Source of the DNA: a virus
Taxonomy: Duplodnaviria; Caudoviricetes
Length of the DNA: 55,309 nucleotides
Virus record (IMG/VR): IMGVR_UViG_3300030107_002626
Span: 1-55,309 of that record
Strand: one strand, 5' to 3'
The notes beneath the pieces were generated by a model. That model was not told the origin of the DNA, ran no database searches, and saw nothing but the letters and a program-made list of their open reading frames with translations. Shown here piece after piece: positions 19,701 to 27,275 of the stretch (positions within the stretch are counted from its first letter, which is position 1; each line of letters begins with the position of its first letter). A program made the translations under genes and the position numbers.

Positions 19701-22164
19701 AAAACTGAATCAAGTTCCTCAGCTTCGTGGAAATCTTGCAGACACTAGTAGTATTGCTGCCGCCCTGATGGCAGACAGGTCTAAAGGAATCCTCGCCTCG
19801 GCAATTAAGTCTGGAGCTATTAGCTATGAAGGGGGCGTAACCAAGGTTCAAGAATTTGTGCATAACGGCAAGTCGTATCGTGGCTTGCTTGAGGTTATGG
19901 CACCCCTATTTGATAACCAATACGGTAAATCTCTTGAAGAGATAGCTCAGGCATATGCAATCTCTATGCGTGCCGAAAGGCTTCGGGCGAAAGGGATACG
20001 CACTCCGGTAGAAGAAGGTGACTTAGATCAGATCAATGAGATCGTTGATCGCTACGTTAATCCTGAGACTGGGGAATCAATAGTTAAAGAATGGTATTCC
20101 GCTTGGCAGGCATACAACAACAACACGATTGAGTTCCTGAGAAACACAGGCGTGTTGGATGAGCAGACCGCAGAAGATTGGCGGGATATGTCTGACTATG
20201 TGCCGTTCTATAAGCAGGCAGAAGGGCAAGAGTTAGGCGGGAGATACCCTAAAATATTTTCTGGCCTTACAGCAGCCGCAGAGTTCAAGGAGTTAACAGG
20301 CGGCGAGAAAGCGATCAACGTTCCTCTCATGGAGGCAATAACCAGAAACCTCTCAATGGCTATTGAGATGGGCATGAAGAATGTTGCCCAGCAAAGAATA
20401 ACCAGAGACATGGTGAAGCTTGGCCTCGCCAGAGAAGCGCCTCGCGGCAGATCTGGATTGCCGACAGTTAAGTTCCGAGTTGATGGAAAGACTCTGGAAT
20501 ACATTATTGCTGACCCGCTGGTTTATGAGTCAATGCAGGCGCTATCGGATGGTGACCTGACCCAGACGATGATTAAGTATCTGGGTATGCCAGCTAATCT
20601 GTTGCGAGAAACTGTGACAAGAGACCCCGGCTTCATGTTAGTCAACATGCTTCGGGATACGTTGTCGGCTTGGACAACATCTGGATCAAGCTTTACTCCA
20701 GTCGTAGATACCCTAAAGGGTTTTGCTGACGGCATGGATGAGCTTGAAAGGTTTGGAGTTGTTGGTGGATACGACTTCACTAATGACCCAAAGGATGTGG
20801 TTAAGTTCTCGGAGAGAGAAGCCGCGAAGAAAGGCATTAAGATGAATGCCGATGGTGGTAGCGCGGCAATATTCAAGCCTTTTACTGCTATCTGGGACGC
20901 TCTTGGTAACGCCACAACTAGGTCGGATGCTGCCACAAGGAATGCTGTATACGAGGATGTCCTTGCCAGAACAGGGAACGAGGCTGAGGCTGCGTTTCAG
21001 GCATTAGAAGTAATTAACTTCTCAAGGCGTGGGACTAACCCGCTCATGCGGGTTATTACTGCTGCGATTCCTTTCTTAAATGCCAGAATGCAGGGTCTTG
21101 ATTTGTTCTACCGTGCCTACACTGGCAACTATACGGCGAACAAGGCTCTCAGTAAGAGCCAAGCTATGCAGTCTGCAGTAGTAAGAAGCAGCATGCTTGC
21201 GGCCCTGACTGGCTTTTACTATATGCTGGTCAGTGATGACGAGCAGTACAAGAACCAGTCGGATGAAGTCAAAGACCTAAACTTTATTATTCCCACGGCA
21301 TCAGGAACGCCGGTCAAGCTGCCAATCCCGTTTGAAGTGGGGCTCTTGTTTAAGACGCTGCCAGAAAGAATCCTAGATGCCACTGTTGGGGACACATCTA
21401 CAAGGGAGGCAAGGGAGAGCGCCCAAAGAGCTATATTGAATACGTTTGAAGTGAACCCCTTGGGGATTCAGGCGTTTGCTCCTTTAATAGAGGCGTCACT
21501 GAATCATAACTTCTACACAGGTAGAGACATTGTTCCTTATTACGTTGATCAAAATACTGTCGCAGGACTACAGTCTAATTTGGGGACATCTGAGGTCGCG
21601 AAGTTCGTAGGCAATGAGCTAAACATTAGCCCCATGAAAGTTGACCATGTCATGTATGGTTATCTTGGAACCATTGGGGCCTACGTTCTTGATGCCGTAG
21701 ATCATGTTATGAAATCTAGTTTGGCTACTGGAACCAAAGAGTCAGTTCTGCCTGCTAAGAAGATCACTGAGTATCCAGTAATTAAGAGGTTCTTTGCACA
21801 AGAGTTTGGCTCTGGCCTGCAAGAGGATTTTTACAGGGTTAACCGAGAGGTTAATAAGATTGTTGGATCTATCAACAAGCTGAGTAGAGAGGGACGGCTT
21901 GATGAATTGGAGGCTATGATCAAAGCCAAAGGTCACCTGTATGACCTAAATAAAGATACCAACTACATTGCGAACCAGTTGTCGAAGCTTAGGAAATACA
22001 GGAAATCAATTGAGTCTGCTGACCTTGATGCCGAAACAAAAAGAGAACTGCTTGATCAGGTCAGGGAAGAAACAAACTACATCTTGGAAGTTGTTCCTGA
22101 GTTAAAACGTCAGGCAGATTTGCCTGCGTTTGGTGGCAGGCTCATGGAGAGGATAAGCCTCTAG
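13789..22164 (+). CDS. Large polyvalent (injected) protein, 2791 aa
   Basis: HEQIH..EEAVAE zincin motif, central WY..SQQ..DVHMAR..QAALW domain, C-terminal LPD38-like region (IPFLNARMQG, PIPFEVG, NFYTGRDIVP). Confidence 0.8.
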   Translation: MDVRLPNGVLVTNVPDDISRDELARVSIKNNIASASDFEDFFAEQRTVSGQATEFLKGVPRGFANSFLTAGEGIAELADAATNAVGMDDLIDSGEENELVRASREGRNFINEQLGSDVAYNDTWTTKFGEGIGSFASFFTPAGALRIAGLAGKVVPKLGGMGATEAAVTGTLAVGTGSGEQAQRVQAAKDRGLDVSQGEEDLAILGGAVVGLSELAPVNRLLSRVSKTADAQFRKNLSDQLKGALLTGAAEGTQEVVASIAQDAIERGIYNENLPSNESLLDDFTVGGAIGTSADLVLNAVAGRRKNLEGEITLEKEREARARRSKLIEDSAQKLTAAQSAQAAQAEPRVEPEVGARVDPSQILPPDPDQIGPTGLGAPNRIVLATDMEGNSFQAEERTKTLRSKGESKEVKYILAPEEDGTFVEKVLSVDGVQNPQLDLSINEIQAPPESFVEARPTDETAAYGRHIARTMGDNFDFEPGSFSVKQEGLDRNGMPQFRVVDSKGDNYGTNLPSYEEAVKLAGVLNDEIIDRNIINGLVTILDISDQSLSPEATRTMMLYGFRALHPDENTYTIAEVNSAAGTTIAEGFSENNYDANGKSVLKEMIALGTSPRKMTAAQRINAKRLQQGLPETTTFTVQEAKSVLGKNFGKLADKPSEIETETYTTRKLKKGRNKGNFVVVSSSGEVINSRPATALEKQQAREAGKRAPSKIKLVTMGEARKYANVLNKNKDIGLVDESVFSEKEVNISLVQSLLRSKNISSPIGSPEVRTLAELFTGVSAKGRKKISDFSPAELKVFYQKLRSLPRFDSPTNLVDLKLKPYSRAQFQQGVESAKISPAEGSIKDYIASEVGIDTSTERGQRKLDALMSDLESQGSFRKDEQIQEEVETPVLALPGPDDFQVKLQAAAEAAMDKVGLKDVGVNIGRALNNALRNAEGEIVYGVRRRLPGDDPDSTIFLGGDSDIVVETSPDQSVEGFYSPYVGQIFAAIDRLPAGMTPEQQQDYLIGIINHEQIHAMRELDLFTDKEWKLLSGIVAKRKNSNGVTYLDQARKDYSGSLPSVQIEEAVAELTKDARKDSSVVSGKPKNLLNRISDFFERLRNFLRLNGFQSFSGIVESIESGEIGGRERGETTSTTVYAPTPTSTATRTTRTGVIRTFRDAEQEAELRERIQGAAARGPSGAQPDFYDPNRQAQDDEQETAVADKASVREIKTRVPLPEEPAPVLPIGPVEQALIDLLSKHSSPTSNQLGKISGAPAPRTKKTRSGRRLKNKLDADVRPTSMSELRKMARIGLESSNNLKWYDDFGKGILSIVGDANMAEASVIFGITSQQNSPEQNLAETLHIMAVARAFNPVKQKNEFISALRNGRRPGGSKLKISGDQINRIVRLYNEGFADAGLKTSTYMQMIQDRAANIFNPFSVQDVHMARVFGFKRKKVDPKTGNVVDDSKIPTDTNYRYAQFLTSKLAEEFDLTPNQMQAALWFYAKKNLSPKKGGSPGTWESSRSKSQPEIEQLLSLEKAGYLTKDRPLTEPLLSPVKAANKIATKSVAFSNTLQNEDLLEVARLRAPKSVFSANPGNKRGYGFPNETELADVIEFNRDAVDVITDDDGQIPFIRELGLPHEIQVGFGTYEGLEPNITVRLIGGTPRQASFVSNILGDALLQDAAIMATPAFGSGSQVGVAFQKEDGSNFEVEDLAIISEAVNPEKDEYGLNFTQVTPDVIAFIDGRVYDEKITYNEKQMLPEFIESLRSKIPESIGLNMGAFYQEGDYFESKDYKRNIKQIGSEGTVPGSSDILGRLDDTLYKPFWDHYTATVKRFGFDPKEKERPRPDLDQEGREVKIEPVGDEYSLLANRFSISASQANYAVEQNELSALDASSGTMPRYSFTAAPESQYVAQNPDQSDYADPVPLDRYSRANTPDLDPEEQSLISGIVTSPPENETPGQTYMSVTGDSKLSYFLGKAKQGFINRYARLEKLNQVPQLRGNLADTSSIAAALMADRSKGILASAIKSGAISYEGGVTKVQEFVHNGKSYRGLLEVMAPLFDNQYGKSLEEIAQAYAISMRAERLRAKGIRTPVEEGDLDQINEIVDRYVNPETGESIVKEWYSAWQAYNNNTIEFLRNTGVLDEQTAEDWRDMSDYVPFYKQAEGQELGGRYPKIFSGLTAAAEFKELTGGEKAINVPLMEAITRNLSMAIEMGMKNVAQQRITRDMVKLGLAREAPRGRSGLPTVKFRVDGKTLEYIIADPLVYESMQALSDGDLTQTMIKYLGMPANLLRETVTRDPGFMLVNMLRDTLSAWTTSGSSFTPVVDTLKGFADGMDELERFGVVGGYDFTNDPKDVVKFSEREAAKKGIKMNADGGSAAIFKPFTAIWDALGNATTRSDAATRNAVYEDVLARTGNEAEAAFQALEVINFSRRGTNPLMRVITAAIPFLNARMQGLDLFYRAYTGNYTANKALSKSQAMQSAVVRSSMLAALTGFYYMLVSDDEQYKNQSDEVKDLNFIIPTASGTPVKLPIPFEVGLLFKTLPERILDATVGDTSTREARESAQRAILNTFEVNPLGIQAFAPLIEASLNHNFYTGRDIVPYYVDQNTVAGLQSNLGTSEVAKFVGNELNISPMKVDHVMYGYLGTIGAYVLDAVDHVMKSSLATGTKESVLPAKKITEYPVIKRFFAQEFGSGLQEDFYRVNREVNKIVGSINKLSREGRLDELEAMIKAKGHLYDLNKDTNYIANQLSKLRKYRKSIESADLDAETKRELLDQVREETNYILEVVPELKRQADLPAFGGRLMERISL

Positions 22165-22454
22165 CTAATAACTATTAGATCTTCAGAGATTAGCTGGCTC
22201 CAAGTCCTTTCAAGTCCTCGCATCTGACAGCGCAAGAGTTCTGCCTTGGGTAAATCAGTGTTCATTCTGCCGTCGATGACATCGTGGCAAGTTGAGCATG
22301 CATAGACGGCAAAGTAGTCTGGACTCTTGATAGCCATTCCCTTCGCCAGACTTGGTAGGTGAGCCAGCACCGTGGTCTCTGGGTTGTTGTTGCAGTATGG
22401 GTGAATCTGCAGGGCGCACATCTTCCCCTTTGCAGACCTCCTAATCCTCGTCAT
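22161..22454 (-). CDS. DUF1364/YbcO-like Zn-binding putative nuclease
   Basis: C-x6-CNNNPETTVLAH..ACSTCHDVIDGR. Confidence 0.8.
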   Translation of the reverse strand: MTRIRRSAKGKMCALQIHPYCNNNPETTVLAHLPSLAKGMAIKSPDYFAVYACSTCHDVIDGRMNTDLPKAELLRCQMRGLERTWSQLISEDLIVIS

Positions 22455-22590
22455 ATAGGTCCGCTACAACTTGATTGAACTGGCGAAACTCCGCAACAAA
22501 CTCATCGAATGATTTTGTCGCTTTGTTGAGAGCTTCTTTCAGTTCATCAAGCTCTCTGCTATCAATGATGACTAACGTTTTGTCGTCCAT
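22441..22590 (-). CDS. Small hypothetical protein (49 aa, not in ORF track)
   Basis: MDDKTLVIIDSRELDELKEALNKATKSFDEFVAEFRQFNQVVADLYDED*; TAATG coupling with the upstream gene fills the gap. Confidence 0.6.
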   Translation of the reverse strand: MDDKTLVIIDSRELDELKEALNKATKSFDEFVAEFRQFNQVVADLYDED

Positions 22591-22898
22591 TATTCAAGCC
22601 AGTCGCCGCGTTCATAAGTTTCCCAGAGGATGCACTTCTTTCCCCACTGCGTTTTACCTCGCAGCCCACTGTCCTGAATCCTCTTCTGATTGCATAGCTC
22701 AGTGATCCGTGGACGAATGCTGATGAATGGTCGGTCGAGAATGTTGGCAACATCGTCGGCGCTCAGCGGTGATGCTGCCTCGTCAATCACCTGAAACGCC
22801 TGCTCTCGGAGGGAGAGCTTGCCCTTCTTGTCAGATATTGCAGCCTCAATGCTGGTGTCCCGGTTTTGGAAACCTATTCCGTCGTCGGTGTATCCCAT
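22590..22898 (-). CDS. Winged-HTH-like DNA-binding protein
   Basis: TSIEAA..LSADDVA..SIRPRITEL..IQDSG.R pattern. Confidence 0.6.
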   Translation of the reverse strand: MGYTDDGIGFQNRDTSIEAAISDKKGKLSLREQAFQVIDEAASPLSADDVANILDRPFISIRPRITELCNQKRIQDSGLRGKTQWGKKCILWETYERGDWLE

Positions 22899-22899
22899 G

Positions 22900-23403
22900 T
22901 CACTTTACCCTCCAGACCCGTATGCCATACGGCCTACCCTTCGGCCAGCGTCGAGTTGATATACCAAATTCATCTTTGGATAGCCTTTGAGCAAGCCTGT
23001 AGTAGGCGACGGAGGAGAACATGCTGTTCTGCCTCTTAACCATTGGCATCTCTTCGGTCGCTTCAACAAAGAAACTGTCACCGATTTCCATCTCACCCCA
23101 CGGATAGGTGGTAGATAGGTTTACGGTCCTGCTTGGCATGGGCACGTCTTTTTCTATTTTCACTTTGCCTTCCTCTTTTTCTTCCATGGTTTCGACAGCC
23201 AAGTCTGTAGCTGCGCTGCCGCAAACATCTCGGGGTCTCCCGATTTTTTTTTCAGCTTCGGCTGACACTCTCTGCACGCTTTTGTTCGGATCTTGATCAG
23301 CTTCCCGCACACGCAGGCTTTCATTTTCATCGCCCCATCCCTCAAAAATCTCCATCCATTTCTGGAATGCGTCATTCCCCGTCATTCGGTTCGGGGATTG
23401 CAA
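22900..23403 (-). CDS. Hypothetical phage protein
   Basis: IEKDVPMP..YPWGEMEIGDSFFV..GIRVWR motif, common in phage small proteins. Confidence 0.7.
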   Translation of the reverse strand: MQSPNRMTGNDAFQKWMEIFEGWGDENESLRVREADQDPNKSVQRVSAEAEKKIGRPRDVCGSAATDLAVETMEEKEEGKVKIEKDVPMPSRTVNLSTTYPWGEMEIGDSFFVEATEEMPMVKRQNSMFSSVAYYRLAQRLSKDEFGISTRRWPKGRPYGIRVWRVK

Positions 23404-23800
23404 ACCCCATCTCTGCGGCTGTGATGATGAGTGTATCTATAAGTTCAGAGTACTTCTCTCGATTGGCCTCGCTGGACCGTTTAATAGGTCGCCGCTTAAA
23501 ACCAAACTTCGTGTTGATTTCCTCGCTGCCATACGCACGGCAGAGCAACTCCTCGTGCATTTCGTCAGGAGTTAGGCCGCACCATTTCGCAAACTCATTG
23601 ACCCACTTTCGGTAATAATTTTCTTGTTGCCGTGATCGAGATCGCTTCACCTTGTCCACGGTCAGCTTCACGCCGAGTTCAGCACTCTTCAACAAATGCT
23701 TAACTTCATCCGTCCGTGAGCTGTCGACTTTATCCAAGAGCCTGATCAAGTCGATGACCTGATCGTGGCTCAAGGTGTGAATGGTGAATCTCAAATCCAA
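23372..23800 (-). CDS. NinB/Orf-like recombination protein
   Basis: RSRQQENYY..EMHEELL..SSEANREKYSELID pattern. Confidence 0.65.
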   Translation of the reverse strand: MDLRFTIHTLSHDQVIDLIRLLDKVDSSRTDEVKHLLKSAELGVKLTVDKVKRSRSRQQENYYRKWVNEFAKWCGLTPDEMHEELLCRAYGSEEINTKFGFKRRPIKRSSEANREKYSELIDTLIITAAEMGFAIPEPNDGE

Positions 23801-24105
23801 TCGCTGCTGTCCTTTCGGGACTGCTTGGGACCGGGCGCTTTGCGTGGACCAGTGTAAACCTCGTGCCGCATGTAGAGGTATGGTGTGCCGTCCCTCTTCG
23901 ATGTGCCCTTCCAGCCAGACAAATCAATTTGTAGCAACGGCTCCCGATTGCCCTCAGTGTCGCGCTCATGGATCTCAATCAGGCCGCGAAGCTCATCGGT
24001 TGACAAGACCAGTCGCCCAACAAAGTCCGGGTGATTGTCTGCACTCTTCCTCTCATTGTTGTTCAGATAAAAAGCTTCACCTGTTTCAACGTTTTCTCTG
24101 CTCAT
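23791..24105 (-). CDS. Putative ssDNA-binding protein (DUF736-like)
   Basis: NNERKSADNHPDFVG..LSGW motif, short acidic/aromatic tail; follows the annealase. Confidence 0.55.
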   Translation of the reverse strand: MSRENVETGEAFYLNNNERKSADNHPDFVGRLVLSTDELRGLIEIHERDTEGNREPLLQIDLSGWKGTSKRDGTPYLYMRHEVYTGPRKAPGPKQSRKDSSDWI

Positions 24106-24812
24106 TTACCTTCCTCTTGCTTGGTTGCACGAATTGATTTGAGTTCTTCGACGTATGCGTCGTAGACATTGGGGTACAGTTCTTTGATCTTGTCGAGATT
24201 AGCCTTGTTCTCGACATGCAGGCTCTTGAGTCCTTCAAGCGGTGTCAGCTTGGCGATGTTGATAACCAGTTCGCACACGTCAGTGCAAAACTTTTCATCC
24301 CATTCGCCGTCGCCTTCGACCATGTTGGCTAGACTTTTCTCAAAGTCCTGAAAGATCCCTTGCTGCAGAGCTTGAGTCTTCTCCTCCACGGGCTTGGGTT
24401 TGGCTTTGGCTTTTTGCTTAGGCTCATCGTCCTCGGGGAGATCCTCACCTGCATATATATAGTGGCCCAACCCAAACATTGCCATACACTTGGTGAGGCA
24501 CCGCATCCGTGTGTTGGCGACTTGTGTCGCTGAAGGGTTTTCCACTGGTGCATTCTTGTAGCCACTCATAACGGCTAACCACATGCTGCGCTCAAGCTCT
24601 CCTATATTGATCGTGCAATGTGTAATAACGGTGTCATCTGATAGCACCTCGTTGTCGCCAAACGAGTACGTCGCCTCCGGGTACTCGCGCATGAGCGTTG
24701 CCCACGCCCACGCCCACGACAGGTAGGTCAGACCGTTCTTTTTTTCTGTGTGTTCGTTGACGTTGATTGCTGACAACGTCGTCCACACTTCTCCATATGT
24801 TGTCATGTTCAC
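24102..24812 (-). CDS. Sak3/DUF1071-like single-strand annealing protein
   Basis: EKKNGLTYLSWAWAW and RCLTKCMAMFGLGHYIYAGEDLP. Confidence 0.85.
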   Translation of the reverse strand: MNMTTYGEVWTTLSAINVNEHTEKKNGLTYLSWAWAWATLMREYPEATYSFGDNEVLSDDTVITHCTINIGELERSMWLAVMSGYKNAPVENPSATQVANTRMRCLTKCMAMFGLGHYIYAGEDLPEDDEPKQKAKAKPKPVEEKTQALQQGIFQDFEKSLANMVEGDGEWDEKFCTDVCELVINIAKLTPLEGLKSLHVENKANLDKIKELYPNVYDAYVEELKSIRATKQEEGK

Positions 24813-25078
24813 TCCAAAGGATTCTTGGTGAAGTGTCGAAAATCATTGCGCCACTGTCTGACGGGCGCGCCCTCGACCGAAAGATGTCGCTCTAGCAACT
24901 GCAAGATTTCGATTGGTTCAAGTTGCTCGATTAAATGTCGGGGCAGCGACGTGATTAGTCTGTCGTTGCCCCACGAGAAAACCACCTGATCGTTTTCAAA
25001 TCTTGCCTTGAGGTTGGGTATCTCGCTCATTTGCCAGATACCCAGCATCTTTACAGCAAAAGTTGGATCTTCAATCAT
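24809..25078 (-). CDS. Hypothetical protein
   Basis: 89-aa ORF coupled on both sides. Confidence 0.65.
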   Translation of the reverse strand: MIEDPTFAVKMLGIWQMSEIPNLKARFENDQVVFSWGNDRLITSLPRHLIEQLEPIEILQLLERHLSVEGAPVRQWRNDFRHFTKNPLE

Positions 25079-25338
25079 GCCGTCCTCTTGACGAGGAGCA
25101 CGCCGTCTTTCGTATTAGACATCGCGTCTTTTTTTGGATTAGCTTTCTTCCACTGATAAAAGTAAGTGCGGTCGTTGATAGCAATGATCGCGACTTGATT
25201 GACCTCCATCTTGTCCAGCGTCCGCATGACCTCAGCGCGACGGCTACGTCGCTGGAAAAACTCTTCATCTACTCCCGCGATCTTGGACTTCACTTGGTAC
25301 AACATGCTTTTCAAGTCTGCACTTTTTTTCTTAGCCAT
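25075..25338 (-). CDS. Hypothetical protein
   Basis: 87-aa basic ORF with GGAGG RBS, coupled. Confidence 0.65.
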   Translation of the reverse strand: MAKKKSADLKSMLYQVKSKIAGVDEEFFQRRSRRAEVMRTLDKMEVNQVAIIAINDRTYFYQWKKANPKKDAMSNTKDGVLLVKRTA

Positions 25339-26209
25339 TGTTGGCCTCCTTCCATTGTGAGCACCACCTATTCACACGACACCAGTTCTGCGTGCAGCGG
25401 GTGCTCTCACCCACACGCTTTTCGACAAAGTGCGCTTCTCCTAATCTTTCGGCGTGATCCTGTGCCTCCTCCTCGACATTGTGGACCTTGATTGCCCTGA
25501 CTCTGTTCTTCTTTTTCACGGCGTAGGTTGTCGCTTTTTCCCAGCGCTCCTCTGAACTGCAGTCGGGAAGCACGCCGCCCGTCTCATGCTCATAGTCCGC
25601 TGCCTGATGGAGTTGCACGCGCTCCTCGACGTACCTGTCTTGCTCGGCATCAGACCACATGGGAATGTCGATCACTTGAATCGGGGAGTCAGGGTAGTCG
25701 CCGCCATCCTGCGCCCTGCGGCGAGCCCAATCACGTAGCACAGCAATGATTCTTAGCTGTTTTACGTTCAATGCCTTAGCTTGTCTCACCAACCATGCAT
25801 AGCAGTTCAACTGCTTGTGCCATTCCGACTTATCGAATATCACCGACCACGCCGACGTGACCTTGTAATCGCTGACAATCACCCCACCCTCGACCATTTC
25901 TTGCAGGTCGATTGCGCCAGAGATTCGCCAGCCGTTCACTTCCGCAAACAGTCGCTCCTCGCTGATGGTTTCAGCGCGGCCTTCGGCGGCTCTCTCAAAC
26001 ATCTGGTGCACGGACGTTCCCATCCGAGACCAAATCAAATCAGAGACATCTTGTTCAATGTCATCGTCATGCCGTCTCTGCAACAATGACACGCGAGGAC
26101 TGTCTATCAACTGCGTGACAGACAAGAGACTGTCGCCCTTGGTGTAGTCGTTGTATGACAATGCATCCGCGACAACGCTAGGCAGGTTATGGTTGTTCGT
26201 AAGCCTCAC
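25331..26209 (-). CDS. PD-(D/E)XK exonuclease
   Basis: GTSVH, ISGAID, SDYKVT, QLNCY motifs; C-terminal Cys cluster. Confidence 0.85.
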   Translation of the reverse strand: MRLTNNHNLPSVVADALSYNDYTKGDSLLSVTQLIDSPRVSLLQRRHDDDIEQDVSDLIWSRMGTSVHQMFERAAEGRAETISEERLFAEVNGWRISGAIDLQEMVEGGVIVSDYKVTSAWSVIFDKSEWHKQLNCYAWLVRQAKALNVKQLRIIAVLRDWARRRAQDGGDYPDSPIQVIDIPMWSDAEQDRYVEERVQLHQAADYEHETGGVLPDCSSEERWEKATTYAVKKKNRVRAIKVHNVEEEAQDHAERLGEAHFVEKRVGESTRCTQNWCRVNRWCSQWKEANNG

Positions 26210-26508
26210 AGTCGGTAAATTCTGAATCCTTGACGACCGTTTTCCTCGCGCTTGTGCAACGTAAATCTTTTGTCGCTCCCGCCCTTTTTCATGCGAGACA
26301 AACGCTGCCTCAGAGCAGCCATCCGGCGCTGGGTATGGTCCTCGTCATTGGTGCCCACAAAGAATGACTGAGTTGGTTCCAGACGCTCGATGGCCTCGAT
26401 TATCTCTGGGCGCGTCTCTTCCCGCTCCCGCATCTCGGGGAGCGGAATGTTCTCGATAACAATAGGTTCCTGTTCGGTCGTCATACTGGAGCCGTCCTTC
26501 CTCTTCAA
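26206..26508 (-). CDS. Hypothetical protein (related to 22900..23403)
   Basis: IENIPLP..LEPTQSFFV..GFRIYR; start may be ATG 26484. Confidence 0.65.
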   Translation of the reverse strand: MKRKDGSSMTTEQEPIVIENIPLPEMREREETRPEIIEAIERLEPTQSFFVGTNDEDHTQRRMAALRQRLSRMKKGGSDKRFTLHKREENGRQGFRIYRL

Positions 26509-26593
26509 GTTTGATGATGTGCTGTCCCGTCTTGCTCATAGCGTTTGGGTCAGTTGTGAGTTAGAATGTCGAATATACCGCAAGGGTTGACCG

Positions 26594-26971
26594 ATGACAA
26601 GCATACACTTCACCATATTCGGTGAACCGGCTAGTAAGAGCAATAGTCGGAAGATTGTGACGATCAAGGGGCGTCCCGCCGTCATAAAAAGTAAGAAGGC
26701 CCGTGAGTATGTCGCGTCTTTTGCGAAGCAGTGCCCTCAGTTCGCAGACGACCTGCTGTTTGAAGACGACGTTGAGGTTCGCGCAAAGATTTACTACGCA
26801 TCGAGGCGACCGGACCTAGATGAATCCGTTATTCTCGATTGCATGCAGGGATATGTGTACAAGAACGACAGACAGGTGAAAAGGAAAATTATTGAATGGG
26901 GACTGGATCGGGAGAACCCACGGGCAGAGATCGTGGTGCGCTTGCTGGAACCATCGGTGGACGAGTCCTGA
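26594..26971 (+). CDS. rusA: RusA-like Holliday junction resolvase
   Basis: GEPASKSN, RPDLD, ILDCMQ..YKNDRQV motifs. Confidence 0.85.
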   Translation: MTSIHFTIFGEPASKSNSRKIVTIKGRPAVIKSKKAREYVASFAKQCPQFADDLLFEDDVEVRAKIYYASRRPDLDESVILDCMQGYVYKNDRQVKRKIIEWGLDRENPRAEIVVRLLEPSVDES

Positions 26972-27186
26972 AGCAGGCCCTGCTAGACGTGTGCAGTCAG
27001 AGCCAATCTGAGCGTCTTTCTGCGTTGATGTACTTCACGCAGTATGGTCATGAGGGTTTTTGCATCGACGCTGAGATCGATCCAGAGGAGCTGTTCGGCA
27101 AGGTGATGAATGCCTGCCGATGGAACGAAGGCGGGGAGAGGAAGAAGGCAATCAAAAAGATTTTAAAAGACTTAGAAGTCTACTAA
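26896..27186 (+). CDS. Hypothetical protein
   Basis: 96-aa ORF between rusA and the primase; start uncertain. Confidence 0.5.
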   Translation: MGTGSGEPTGRDRGALAGTIGGRVLKQALLDVCSQSQSERLSALMYFTQYGHEGFCIDAEIDPEELFGKVMNACRWNEGGERKKAIKKILKDLEVY

Positions 27187-27250
27187 GACTTAGGAGTCTC
27201 TTAATATTAATAAATAAGAGATCACTAAGTTAAGGAGACTACTAAGTCTC
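27169..27250. repeat. AT-rich cluster of CTAAG/CTTAG and GAGACT/AGTCTC motifs
   Basis: gacttag x2, actaag x3, gagact..agtctc flanking ttaatattaataaat. Confidence 0.5.
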
Positions 27251-27275
27251 ATTGTAACCATAGGAGAAGTGTGCA

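Noticed and set aside
25331-26209. Cas4 / CRISPR system
   Set aside because: No array or other cas genes; context (annealase, SSB) fits a recombination exonuclease
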